From Raillietiella orientalis (Eukaryota), in assembly GCA_036172245.1 (NCBI GenBank), contig JAYWIR010000050.1, positions 434,001 through 498,000 on the forward strand: DNA of 64,000 bases. The letters are read 5' to 3'. The translations under genes were made by a program, and so were the position numbers. The notes beneath the pieces were generated by a model, which had not been told where the DNA came from, made no database searches, and was given only the letters and a program-made list of their open reading frames with translations. Below, one piece after another: positions 1 through 12,240 of the stretch. Numbering within the stretch: the first letter of the stretch is position 1; each line of letters opens with the position of its first letter.

Positions 1-784
1 GCGCAAGTCACAGAGGCTGCCTCTAACAGAGCAGTTGAGGGAAGAAACAACGTGAGGTCCATGGCAGGGCACACTCAGGCAGAGCGGCGTACCGGGCGAC
101 CAGCGAGGTCTCTTAGCTTTCCCTGGGCCCGCGTGGGCCGAGGCGATGCCACAACTGGGACCGGGATGGGCAACTGGAGAAGGCGCTCCTGTGTTCAGTG
201 AGGGTTTCCCGGTCGACTGCAGGTGAAGTCTCAAGCAAGTCACGCGCCAAGTTCATCGGGTGCGAAAAGTCTGGAGGACACGCACTACTCTGTGACACTC
301 CACAGGAGATCGGGGAAAGCCTGCAGACCACTGCCACGCGAGAAGAGGGGACTCGTCGCGGATCCCAAGGGCGAAGGTCGTCCAGGACTCCCAGAGTCCC
401 AGTCCGGGCTGCCTCACGCGGCCATCTCGTTGCAACCTCGCTCGAGCGCGGGACGACACCGAAGAGTCGCTTCCCAGCTCTGGAGCGCACAGCGGAAGCT
501 CCGGGAATGCCGGTGTTCCTGTCGGTAGGAGTATCTCAGGGCCCAGGGGGTCCTTCACGCCTCCCTCGAGACAGCTATGCAGTCAGAAGGGAGGCCGTCA
601 TCACGCCAAAAGCGGCGCCGAGAAACCGCCGGCAGTGGTGCCAACTCATCACAAGTTCCCAGGCCCAGCCCAGGGGTGGGAACCTCTCTGCAGAGCGGTC
701 GTCTTTCCCTCTATGCTTGAGAACGGCGCAGCCCCCAGACGAAGGATTCCCTTCTCCTGATCACAAGGGAGCGGTGGGCCCACT

Positions 785-2450
785 TTACCGCAATGTTACT
801 GCAGCGCTTCTGTCGCGGGTGGCTTGGAGATGTCGGAGGGTGGTCAGCAAGTTGCGCGTCGCGCAGACGATGACACCCCTGTAGGAATGCGCCCAATCAT
901 GGAGGATTCGCTGCTCTCGTTGGAAGAACGCGGACGCGAGAAGGTCGCGTTTCGCGCCCCTCCCCAAGGGAGACTTATTTGGGGTCGTGGGCGTGTGGGG
1001 TGGGGTGGGATGCGCTTCTAGTGCACGAAGCGGGTTCGCATTGGGGGAGGGGCTTGCGGGTAGGGACGGAGGCCATTCGCGGCCGCGAGCTGACCTCCTC
1101 GGATGCTCCGCGGTCGTCTCGCCGCCGCCAGCAGCAAACCGCTCACCTATGGCAGGAGGTTGCCCCAAGCCTCGGGGCCGGCTTACAAGGGCGGGTAGGC
1201 GCGGAACCCCAAGCTGGAAGCTGCGCGTGGAGTGGCGAGTGGCTGACTCTCCCGCCGCCAGGGATGCGACGTCCACGCAGCTGCGTGCGAGCCGGGGCGA
1301 AGGTGGGCACGCGGTTTCCAGGGCGACCCTTGGCTGGTGGGGTGGCACGCGAGCGCTGCGCCGCCACTCGTAAACCGCGACGTGAGGCCGCCATCTCCTG
1401 GCGGGAGAGCGACCTCTCGTCCGCTCCAGTCGATAGTCGGATCTCCTCCGAGACGGAGAGGAGGAGCCTCCAACAAGGGCTTCGAGGTCACCCGGGCGAA
1501 TGAGCGGGTCCGCAGGACGAATGTGCGGGCGAGGTCCACCGCGTTTCGTGGTCCTCCCTGCCTGCAGCAGTCAGTGGGGGGTCGAACGCTCGCCGAGCGT
1601 GGGAGCTCAGGAATATGGGTCGGGAAGCCCTCCGGAGGAGACCCGATCCCGGGAGCGCGAGCGCATCCGACCCGGGACGCTCGTGTGTCGCCAGCGGGCC
1701 GCTCCGACCACTCCGCGACGATCCAGCATGGATGCCGCGTCTTCGGAGGCCACCGCCCCTCCTTGCTCACCGCGCGAACACCGGAAACACCGCGGACATG
1801 GCGTGGGCAACCTCCTCCGCTGAAGGGGATGGAAGGGCCAGGGCACCGTCTGTCCCACGCCTTGGCGGGGGTTAGGACTGCTGCCTGGGACGAACGGCGC
1901 TCAGGGATTACCTCCGGGAAGACGGGGGGTCTTCTTCAGGAAGGGACTCTGTGGCTCATGTCACCGTGTGGTCGGCCGACCGCTGTGCAGGTAGGCTGAG
2001 GGACAACGTCACGGTCTCCGCTTGCCCTTGAGGCGACTTGCTGCTGCGGAGGTCGGCACCCTGCCTTTCGCCCCTACGGGGCGTTTCCGGAACGGACTCG
2101 GCGGCTGCTTGCGACGGAGGGATGGCCCCACGGAAGTCCAAGGCCGAGGTCAGCACCCATAGCGGCAGCTGGCATCGACTCTGGCAAGAACGGCCGCTTG
2201 TCAGGGGAGTGACCTCGCTTCGCGCGACCTCCAAGAAGCGAAAATAAGCAGCCCCAGGGCAAACAGCACCGCTCGGAACCCGGAAACGTGAGGTCTTTCC
2301 CCATTCGCACTTCCGCCGCCCCTCGTACACCGCCCGCAGCCTCCGCGCTTGGTGTCGCGGGTTCGAATCCCCCCCTGGGAAGAGTTGACACCGAGGACGG
2401 GGGGAAGAGGGCCGTGAGTTTCGAGTTTCCCCGCTTAATGACTCTTGTCG
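785..2450 (-). mobile_element. Decayed L1/Tx1-like non-LTR retrotransposon ORF2 relic (RT end and C-terminal region)
   Basis: Frameshifted minus-strand peptides are collinear with the young element at 58397-60224: RVIKRGNSKLTALF ~ RVIRQGDSLSPLLF; PGAAYFRFLEV ~ PTVPYFKYLGV; RPFLPES ~ KFFLPER; NANPLRAL ~ TINPRDVL; RDLLASAFF...DWAH ~ RDIICSALRF...RWSH. By-eye alignment. Confidence 0.45.
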
Positions 2451-2599
2451 GCCTCGGTTGGCTGCGAGTGGGCGGGGGCGCTGGTGGACGCTCCGGTTGT
2501 GAGAGTGGAGCCGTCCCCTCTCCCCCATCCCGTGCCACGGAGCTGGTGGATGGATGCCTCCAGAACGGAAAGAAGAGCGCTGCTTCCCACCCATTCACG

Positions 2600-5150
2600 G
2601 TTGCTCCCCCCGTCGCACGCGACCTCGAGTGGCGTGGACGGTGTCAAAGGGCTGCGCGACCTCCTCCCCGAGGGGGCGGGCGGCTCTTAGGCACGCCTGG
2701 ACGGGAGGCGTCGGAAGGGAAGAACCCGGAAGCATTCCTGCCGCGTCCTCGGGGAGCAAACAGGCTGCATCCGCGATGCATCCCGGATGCGCCCCCATTC
2801 CTCCGGCGGGGTCGCAGCGCCCGCCCGCCGTCCCGAGTTCGTTGTCCGCCCTTGAGGCGTCGGGCCGTCGCCTCGAGGGCGGACCATCCGCTCCCGAGTC
2901 GCAGGCTCCACCTGCTCTCGAAACAGCACCGCCCTCCTCGCAAAGCCCCCGCACTTTCACGAGACGTCCGGGTTCCTCCGGAGACCGCCCACGAGTAGGA
3001 GCCCTCGGCTGCGCCAGAGCCTGGGATGGCGCCACCTAGGGTCGAGCGCTTCCGTCCCTCTTCGGGAGGGAGTCAGGAGCTGCTGGCCTTCCGGAAACCC
3101 AGGACAACTGACCACCGTCTCCCGGAAGCGCACGAGCCACTCGCTAGCCTGGGTTCCTCGGGCTAGCGAGGGAAGCACCTCCCGTTGTCCGGGGCAGGCC
3201 GGCACGACCCTTTCCCCCCAAGCCGCGCGTGACTCCCCCACGACAAGAAACGGGCCCAGAGCGCCTCCACCTGCGGCGTCGGTCCGGGTGCTGGCCAGTG
3301 CCTCAGTCAGCGGAGGACCGAATCCGCTTCCGCGGCGCTCCGCTGGGCGCTCCGTTCGCCGGCGTCGGCCGCGGCCGGACGGGAGGGGCGGCTCGCCAGT
3401 TCCGCACAGGATCGAGACCAGCGGATGCGGGCTGGGTTTTCCCGCGCGGAGCAACCGACGGGCGGGGAAGTCGAACGTAGCGCCCTCTTTCCATCCACCA
3501 AGAGAAAGTGGCCGCACGTGCCCGGCAGGGGAGGGGGCGCCTGCGAACATCCGGCCGAGTGGAGGATAAGCGTCTCCGGCCGGAAGGAGAGGGAGGGGGG
3601 ATCTGTTCCTCTAGGCCCAGTGGGCGTGGGCGCGCAGGGCCGCCGCGGGACGCCACCGGCGCGAAACAGCCGGAGAGTGGAGCTTCTCGAGGGGGCCGCT
3701 GCGAGCGCTCAGATCGCGGCTTCCTTGCTCGCTTCTCCCGCACGTGCGTGAACAGCGGCGGGACCCGGAGGAGAACACCTTCGCCTGTCGCGGGCGACCA
3801 CCTCGGGCGCTCCCGGGACCTGCTGCCAGCCGCCGAGGTCAACGGGACGGCTGGAGGGGGACAGGGTCGGCCCCGAGCCCGCCGAGGTCCCAGCTTGGGG
3901 GCACAGCGCTCCCGTTCCAGAAGGATGCGACGCGGAACCTACTTTCGGCGACGCCCCCAGGTAGCGGTCGCCGAGCGCGCACCGTTAGGGGGCGGCAGGT
4001 CAACGCACGCGTCCGAGCAGGCGGCTTCGCAAGGTGCAGCGCGGGCGCGCGCCCCTGGCTGGCACCTCGGGCGCGAGACGTCATCCCTAGTGCGCGGGAA
4101 GAGTCGGGCCCAGGGGCGGCGTCACAGTTCCGGCGGTGGAAACTCTACGGAAGGTCAACGAGGGCGCCAAGAAGCTTTAATGCCGCCCCCTCTCCCCGGT
4201 GACCCTCTTCCTTCGCGCCCGCAGCCACGTCCGAAGCGAAACCACTCGCGGGAGCGCAGGGGGAGTCACACGCGCGTGCTCTGCCCGGTAGGTTCTTCCT
4301 CAAGCGATGGAGGGGGGGAGAGGGGCGCAGAAAAAGTGGGGCCGTAGCGTCGCAACGGTCTTGAGCTTGTGTCCGCTCCCGGCCTAGCGCGCTCCAGTAC
4401 TGACGACGCAACGATAGAGTCGCTCTTCCTGCCTCAGGAGCGATCGCGCACTCCTCCACAGGAGCTTTCCCGAAGCAATGCCCGGAGCAGCTCGGGCGCT
4501 CCAGTGGGATGATCTCGGGCAAGCGGAGTAAGAATGATGGGAGTGATCACCAGATGGCTTCGTTGAACGGCCGTGACTCCGAGAAAGAACATGCGGCCCG
4601 CGCCTTGTCAACAGCAAGGCGCTTCCTACTCCCTTGGATACCTGGAAACAATGAGAGCGGAATACATGGCAACGGCCTCCGTTCAGCGCCGAGGCCGGGC
4701 CGCTCCCGGACGAAGGATCTGCACGCCTCAGTAGGATGCGGCGGTTGAGCTGAAACGCCTGAACAACCTTCGAAAGGAAAAGTGTCCAATGCTCCACGCT
4801 GGAAAGCTGTCTGCGAGTCTGCGATTGTCCCCACAGGGCAGGAGTACTCTCCCGTGGTTCATCCGGGGAGCTTCATCTGGAGCGCCTGCAACCGAGCCTG
4901 AACAGCGAATACCGGGAATTGGTTTCCCCCTGAGGCTAAGAACAAGCGGAAGGTTTCGACCTGCTCGTTACTCATACACGCGAGCGATTTTGCTTTGCTT
5001 GTGCACCTCCAAGCCGACCGGCCGCCGATCCACGAGCTGTCACGAGCACCTCGCCTACCGCAACTCTTCCTCTTCTGGCGCCGGTGTCTTCTTTCCCTTT
5101 CAGCCAGCATCCGGAAGAGGAACTTTTTCGTAAAGTGCGCTGTGATTGGT
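2600..5150 (-). mobile_element. Decayed L1/Tx1-like ORF2 relic (RT domain to C-terminus)
   Basis: Collinear remnants: TIADSQTAF ~ ISPEQTHAV; QDRCDATAPLFL ~ RQGDSLSPLLF; RARACDSPCAPASGFASDV ~ LPRVCPGTPAVASYADDL; LLRVPP...CFAPVASRGG ~ LLFVCPP...LCAPGRDGG; AWGER...ASEWLVR...EGQQLLTPS ~ AWAER...AKWEVR...GQLTDAATPS. Confidence 0.5.
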
Positions 5151-5599
5151 CTTCTGGAAGCTCTCCCGTGCTTAGTCCGAACCTCGCCAGGTCGCCTTTT
5201 TATGTGAGAGCGCGCGTTTTTACGTTGAGGAGGGGGGAGGAAAAGTCAGTGCTCAGATTAGGTGAAACAACAAACAAACGAAAACGACAACAGCAAAACG
5301 CACACACATTCGAATCGAAAGGGAGTGATGACGGCTGAGGTTATTTCGTGATGGGTCGCACGATATTTCTTAGCCAAAGCGGCAAAACTCACCTGCTCTA
5401 CCAAGCAACAAGAGCTGACCTATGCTCGCAGTTTCCTTTTACTCTCGCTTGAGCCGTTTCTATGGCATCTGCACTAAATCAGTAAAAGATTTACATGGTT
5501 TTTTTTTGTTTTTTTTTTTAAGAACTGGAAGAATGGTAAGCATTTTACAAGTTTCGAAAAGAATAAGAGTTCCATTCCGACATTAGGCGAAATGGAACA

Positions 5600-6450
5600 T
5601 CTTGTGAGACCGCTGACAGATCGACCGAGAGGGTTCAAGGCTGCCTTTTCCGATGTACGACCTTCTGGACAGAAGCCGCAACACCCAGCTACTCCGCCTG
5701 TGTCCCGTCGTGCCTTCCCTTCCTGTAACCTTGGATTCTGCCCCGCAGCTCTCCTCGCGTGTCTTGCGGAGGTACCACCACCACACGACCGTTAGGGGTT
5801 TCGATGATGGTTGCCATGAGTGCGTCTTGCGTCTTCCCTCCTTTGTTTTCGGTTGACGACCACGCGTTTCCGGCAGCTACCGTGGCAGAACGACTGATTT
5901 CGTCCCGGGGGGGGGAGGAGACACGAAAGCATCGGGAAGTCCCCATGGCAACGGAGAGCCCCATCGCGACGTAGCACAGCACGCGGGCGACCAGCAGGGA
6001 GTTGCTTGAGCGCCCGCTCGCATTGCTGGACCGGAATTCGCTCGCATTGGGATCGCCAGGAACAGGTCCGGGCGGCGCGAGCACGCAGCAAGGAAGACCT
6101 TCGGGAGCGAGGATTCCGTGGGAGGCGTTCGCACGGGCCTGCGCTGCTCGCGAGGCGCGCGGTGTTCGTGTGTCGGCGCCCTCGTTCCAAACCCCGGCCG
6201 TTTGCAAAAGCGGCGCCGGAACACAAGCAGGTGCCACCTCCCGACGCCACGTCGTCCATCATCATCCCGTGGCAATGGAGCGGCTGCTTCCTTGCCACGC
6301 CGCGGGAGCAGTAGCAGGGACTGTGCGACAGCAGGTGACCCGGTTTGGTTTCCCGCGCGCGCCTACCTACTTCGAAGAGGACAACTTTTCCGCGAGCGAG
6401 CGGCGGCTGCGTGCGTGTTGGCCTAGGGAAGGGGACGGAAGGAAGCAGCC
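5600..6450 (+). mobile_element. Decayed L1/Tx1-like RT N-terminal relic
   Basis: RLISSRGG ~ RLLPKGG; TRFGFP...RLRACW ~ ERLGFP...YLRSCW; frameshifted. Confidence 0.35.
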
Positions 6451-6922
6451 AAAATAAACCGGAGGACCACCACACACCAACCGAGGAACGCTCGCGCCAG
6501 TGTCCCCCGCATTCTTTGCGGGCGTTTGTTTGATCGTGCCAGGGCAGGAACGGTTTCCGCGCTTCGCCGCCTCCCACGGGGTCGCCAAGCGCGCGCGCGC
6601 GCACAAAAAAAAATCACTTCCGTCTCCTCCACGCATCTTTTGTTGCGTGCCCGGTCGACTTGAGACGGAGCGCGAGATTTGGGGTCAACTGGTCAGATCC
6701 TGAACGGGTCGGCTGCGTACATATACCGCGAGCACCACGGAGGCGCCATTTCCCGAGCGAGCGGCGGTGTGGTGGTACGTGCTTTCAGTCGCTTAGTTTC
6801 CCGTTGCATCTCCCTTGCCCTCCTTCCCCTGCCGAACGCATCCCGCCTATTGGTCCTTTTCTTTTTTGGTTTTTGTCCCGTGCTTGCCGAGTTCGATCGC
6901 CGGTGGTTCGTCCCGGGAAGTC

Positions 6923-7773
6923 ATGAAGCCCACGTACGCGGTAGGAGGCTGGGTGGTGTTCTCCACGGCTTGCGTGCTCAGCACCATGTCGCAGGTAACT
7001 TCACGACCGGATCGCTTCCTCCTCCTCGTTTCTCTCCTTTTTTTTTTTTTTTCGACTGTTTCCTTTCACGGGGGGGAGGGCAGGGAGGCAAGCAGAGTTG
7101 CCTGCCTCTCTGTCGGGTCTCCCGCAGAATTCTGCGATGCAGGGAGCGGGGAGCTGGAGCTTGCGGCGACGACGGCGGGCTAGCGGACGGGCGTCGCGAG
7201 CGCCCAGCCCAAGCTCAGCGGGGCCGTGGTCCGCTGCTCTGCGCCTCAGGCGTCCCTGCTCTCCACTTGCCCCCGGGAGTGTGACTCTCCCCTGGCTGCA
7301 TTGCCGCCCGCTGGTCCGAGGCTCATTCCGAGAGTTGACCTGTGTCCCCTCTCCTTCAAGGAAGAACGCTCCTCCGAAGACACCAAGGTCCAGGAGAGGC
7401 AGTATCCTCCCGGTCTTTTCAACCCCCTGATAGCAGGCGGCTACGCGTTGCTGGGAGGGATGGCCCTGTACGCCATGAACAAGCGTGGATGTAAGTGCTC
7501 CGGAAGGGGAGGAGGTTGCCAGGGGCAATGGAGCGGGGGAGAAGCAGTTGATTGCAGGATGGAAGGAGGACCCACCCCCTTCTTCCTTTCCAGATTTCGA
7601 CGAGCTGAAGCATGGCTGGACAGAGGCCAGGAGCGGTATCGTCCACGGATTCAGAGACAGGATGGCCGTCGCCTTGGAGACCATCAATGACATGTTCAAG
7701 AGCAGGAAGGAGTCGGACGGTCCAGGAGTCCCCTCTTTCTCGGAAGATGGCTACCAGTCACTGCCCCCACAGC

Positions 7774-7805
<32 letters not shown>

Positions 7806-7979
7806 GAGCCCGTCTTCCAGAGGTTTTCCCGCGCGCTGAAGAGCTTCCGGTCTGTGGCGGAGGGCTCCCAGCTGGAAAGGGGGAAGCTGCTGCGGATGGC
7901 GGAAGACGGCATCGTTGAGTTCCTCCAGCGGTTCCACAGCAAACTGGAGGAGAGGCGGGTCCAGAGAAGGTTGAAGTGA
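6923..7979 (+). CDS. Putative three-exon gene of unknown function (hydrophobic N-terminus, internal hydrophobic segment, polyQ, helical C-terminus)
   Basis: Exon 1 is 6923-6994 (MKPTYAVGGWVVFSTACVLSTMSQ|GTAACT). Exon 2 starts at 7250 or 7361 (both in-frame acceptors) and ends at 7490 (T|GTAAGT). Exon 3 is 7594-7979, after a pyrimidine tract and CAG; the phases join to give ..RGYFDELKHGW... AATAAA at 8115. The middle exon start is ambiguous. Confidence 0.55.
7770..7802 (+). repeat. (CAG)n microsatellite encoding Q11
   Basis: CAGCAGCAA(CAG)8, in frame in exon 3 of the orphan gene. Confidence 0.95.
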
Positions 7980-8114
7980 GGGGCTGATGAGGGCGTCTCC
8001 GGCCCCAGAGCGGGCTCTTCCCTCCTCCTTCGTCCCCCGGGGAACGGAGGAACTTGGCGCGGGGCGGGCGTGCAGCCGCCCGCCCCTTCCTCTCCCGGAT
8101 GTGATACGATGCCA

Positions 8115-8120
8115 AATAAA
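8115..8120 (+). terminator. Candidate polyadenylation signal of the orphan gene
   Basis: AATAAA about 135 nt after the stop, in otherwise GC-rich sequence. Confidence 0.5.
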
Positions 8121-8399
8121 CCTTGTCGAGGCACGCAGGTGGCTCGGCAGTCCCCACGGCTTTCGGGAAGGAGGCGCGGGTCTGGGGTCAGGTGTCAGGT
8201 CAGATCGTCCCCCCCACTCCTTCCCTCTTCGAAAAGCACTCCGGCGGCGGCGGTCGCTGGCAGTCCTGCGAGGGGCCGCGGGCGGAGAAGCAAGGAGGAA
8301 GGATGCTAACGGTAGCGTCGGTGCAGATTAAGGCTCCTCACGCGGCGACCAAGCAAACGAACCGTGCCGGCAGCTTTTCCCTTCACCTTCCAGGTCCGC

Positions 8400-9000
8400 A
8401 CGAGCGCGTCCTCGGAGGACCACAAGGATCTGGCCTCCAGACCCGTGTGAAGCCCTGGCGGAGCTCCTGGGGAAAAGACCGGAGGAGGAAGATTCGTCCG
8501 GGAGAGCGCTCCTCCGCCCAAGGTGGCGCAACTCACCACCCTCCCGAGAAGGGGGAGGTTGCGGACACGTCTGCCTCCTCCTCGGAATCGGGGTTGGGTC
8601 ATCGCCTGCGGCGTCCCTTCTCTCCGCTCTTCGCTGGCCCTCGAACCGACTGCTCCGCCTCCTCCAGGGCCCTGCGCGGGTTTGGGGAAAAAGGAGTGGT
8701 CACCAGATGGTCCGCAATGCCTTCCCCAGCGGAGGTCAGTTGGCGGCCTCCCTATATCCGTCAGGAACCGCGAGGATGCGCGATGCAAGCCAGTCCGGGA
8801 GAGTAAGGGGTGGCCACCCAGAGCCGCCCCTGCTGCTGTCGAGGATGGACACCGTAGCGCCTCCTGTGAGGTGTTGTGTGGGTGGTGCCGGCGGTCATGT
8901 TCTGCTGCTAGCAGATTCGCTCCTTCAATCACTCCCATCCCTCCGTCACGGACGTCCATCCATGACCCACTACGGGGGTGAAGAGACCACAGCTGGAGCA
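8400..9000 (+). mobile_element. Decayed L1/Tx1-like ORF2 C-terminal relic
   Basis: GEVADTSASSSESGL ~ GQLTDAATPSASPKGL; SSRALRGFGE ~ TTRALPLKWQE; AMPSPAEVSW ~ GLPSNARRSHW. Confidence 0.35.
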
Positions 9001-9031
9001 GCGCACGGCGGCAGGTGTTGGCCCCGAAGCG

Positions 9032-9165
9032 CGGGGAATGGAAAGCCACAGAACTGCCGATAGCGCATTTCGGATGGAGAACGCGGAGCAAGCTCTGCAT
9101 CTTTTCTTTTCCCCTTAACTTCCTCAAGCACGGTGCTGACCTCCCCACGGGTCTCAAGCAAATTT
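9032..9165. repeat. 134-bp direct repeat, copy 1
   Basis: Matches 10458-10591 with 4 substitutions counted by eye. Confidence 0.9.
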
Positions 9166-10457
9166 TCTGAACGGTGCACGTGTGCTTGAGCAGCGCACGG
9201 CGACGAGTGTTGTCCCCGCGCTTCGGGCCTCACGGATGGCAGCCCTGAGCTCCCCAGCAGGCGCTCCCGTCTTCCTGCACTGCGGTCTCCCGGTCACCGC
9301 AGCGACCCTCAGGCGAAGGGCGCGGCCTCTGAGAGCCCGCGCTCGAGGCGGCTTCCGGGCGCACGTCCCGATGTCCTGGCCACCGCCGTCGCCGTTGTCG
9401 AGCCGGAAGAAAAGAAAAAAAAAAGGCGGTGGAAGTTTGGAGTGGTCCGCGTGCAAAAGGAACGAGGCGGTGCCGTAGCGGTCAGTCGCAGGGTCGTTGC
9501 GGGAAACGCGGGATCGCGTCTCGGCGGCTCCCCTGCGCTCATGGGCCTGTCTCTCCTCCCTCTGGGCGCGCCCCTCCTCGAGATCAGCTGGCCTTCCAGC
9601 AACGGTCGCGCAGAAGGCGACGGGCGGCCTCTGTGGGCAGCGCGCCCTCCGAACGATCTGCTTCTTCCGTCAAAGATGGCGGTCTCCGGTTCGGACGTTT
9701 CGAAGATTGGAGACGCGGCCGGGGAGGCATCGGAACAGATCAGTAAAAATAAAAAGCCAATCGGTAGATGAAAATCGGATCGATCGATAGGGAAAGTGGG
9801 GAAAAACGCAAAAAGCTACAGTCGGAGGGACCGAGGAGCAAAAGAAAGACAACTTTCAGCGACTACGAAATGATGGAACCAAAGATGCATGCGCGCGCGT
9901 ACACAAAGGGCATCATTCGAAGGTGGCGAAAATCGGAAACGGCAAAATAGAAAAAAAAAAAAAGGACATCACCGAATTGCCGGAAGCGGCGCACAAAATT
10001 TCCGCTGCTACATAAACTAGATCCTTCGGGTGGAGGAACAAGGTCGCACCATCGAAGTCAGGTCTCATGCCCCGGAGGAGATTCGCTATTCTGCCGAAGA
10101 CCATCGTTGTTGTCGGGATGGGTAGTTCCCTCCAGCCGCTCATCCCGGTGACGAACACACGAGCTCGCGTGGCCAGGTGGCACGTGGAGAGCAAGTCGGA
10201 GGCAGATCAATGACCTGGCGTTCGGAGCACGTTTCGGGGTCACGGGACATGAGAACGAGGCCGTTCGCGCAGGCCCCGCCGGTTTCCAACGCGACGGGAG
10301 GACGCAACGTATGCAGGCTACGCAGATTTTGTTGCGTCAGGCGGCTGTGACGTAACAAACGACACGGATCCGAGTAAAAAAAAAAACCCAAAGGCGCGCC
10401 ACGACGAAAGCGCTCAAGGAAGTCATCTTGACCTTCTCCTCTTGCGACGAGGACGAC

Positions 10458-10591
10458 CGGGGAATGGAAAGTCACAGAGCTGCCGATAGCGCGTTTCGGA
10501 TGGGGAACGCGGAGCAAGCTCTGCATCTTTTCTTTTCCCCTTAACTTCCTCAAGCACGGTGCTGACCTCCCCACGGGTCTCAAGCAAATTT
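10458..10591. repeat. 134-bp direct repeat, copy 2
   Basis: Matches 9032-9165. Confidence 0.9.
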
Positions 10592-12028
10592 CGGAACGGC
10601 GCTTTCCGCCATCCGTGCCCTGTTCATGATTTTCCCGAGAAAAATCCCGAGAATCCCACGAGGACCTCCTGACCCCGAGTCTGATCTGCGTAGCACCTCC
10701 CGAGACGTCCTGTCCGTCGAGTAAAGGGGCCGCCGGCGAGAAGCCGCCGGGGTGCGCATCGCAGTTGCATTGGTTAACATGCAGTGCGACACCCCGCAGG
10801 CACTCTCTCCGTGGATCCCAGGGCATCCCAGGGCTGCACTTCCGCTCACCCCATGCTCCCGGCCCAAACACTACGTGCAGCACGGTGGATTCGGGATGAA
10901 AGCGCCGCACGTAGTGTTTTCGGAACTCGGAAGCTGGACTCGGAACTGACGAAGCATTCGCTGATTCGTTGATGCCGCTGCTTGCACCGTCGCTAGGAGA
11001 AAGGTGAAGCAGATACCGAGCTCCGTGGCAACGAACAATCCGACTTATCAAGCGGGAAACAAGCGAGGGAAGAATTTGGAAGACAGGAAGCAGATTCACG
11101 CAACATTTGATCAGGGAAATACGAAACAGCAACGGGAAGAAAAAGGAAATTTGATCGTGCGGTGTTCAGGACTTTGGATGAAGTCGGTTGAAACGACTTG
11201 CAGCACGGCCGTCGGTTGAGGTAATGGCTGATTGCTCATCCCACCACCTCGAAGAATGCCTTCGGTTTCACCGACGGATCGAGCTGAAGTGAATGGAATG
11301 TCCATGGGATTGAAAAAGAAATAAAAATGACCAGAGGCACAGGGAGAGAAATCGGGCTTGCCCAAAAGTATATTTAGCACTCTGCTCCAGCACCCCCTTC
11401 GTCCAATAGGGATCTGTGGTACTGGAGCAGATCGAAGCGAGGAAGCCATGTCTCGGATGAAGAAGGCTGTCTCCAGATTCCGGAAGCGAACTCGGAGACG
11501 GGAAAGATGGTCAGGAGGCATCTTGACCGTCTTTCCCGTCTGGGAGCAGAAAGTTTTCTGAAATGCCAGGAATTTTCAAAGCCTTGGGCTTTGCCGGCGT
11601 CTGAAACGGCCGTGCCCCTGTTGGCGTGCATGTGGATGCACTCTGGGAAGAACGAGTTCGCGTCGGTTGCCAGGAACGAGGAAGAATGCTGGCAAGATGC
11701 ATCTCACGTCACCATCAGCGTCGGGCAAGATGCCCGATCATCGCCGGATGTGAAGGGACAATCGAGCGGGACCAGAGCGCGCGCAGACGGTTCGAGAGAG
11801 AACGAGGAATGGCCGATGAGCTTCTCGCCGTCTTTTCTATCACATTCCTACCGCTTCTGCTTGCGGTTCGCATCCACCTCACGCATCCAAACAACTGCCA
11901 CCTTTTTTTCCTTTTGTGCCTTGGATTCCAAGTGAAGAAGTTGCCGTTGAATGAAAACGATCCTCCTAAAAATAGAGAGACGATGCATCCTTCAGCATTT
12001 GCTCTCAGAAGCAACTGGGCCGTCTGAG

Positions 12029-12118
12029 GCTGCCATGGAAGTGGCTGACCAGGATTTAGAGATGCTCTGGAAGGCGGCACCGGTCCAGGTGGAGATGAGG
12101 GTTGCTGCCAAGGAGCCA
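12029..12118 (-). pseudogene. 90-bp duplicated fragment of the SF1 last exon
   Basis: 81/90 identical, ungapped, to 16804-16893; encodes [28 protein letters not shown] versus SF1 [28 protein letters not shown]. Confidence 0.9.
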
Positions 12119-12240
12119 ATAAATCACGCAGCGGTAGGGCAAAGAGATCCAGTTTCCTCGAGAGAGGGTGGCGCGCCGGCACTGCCCACCCGTGGATTTC
12201 TGCCGCCACAATTCCGCGGACAAAGCTGCGATTGCTGCCA

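Noticed and set aside
2340..2380. tRNA gene at GGTTCGAATCC
   Set aside because: No acceptor, D or anticodon stems could be folded.
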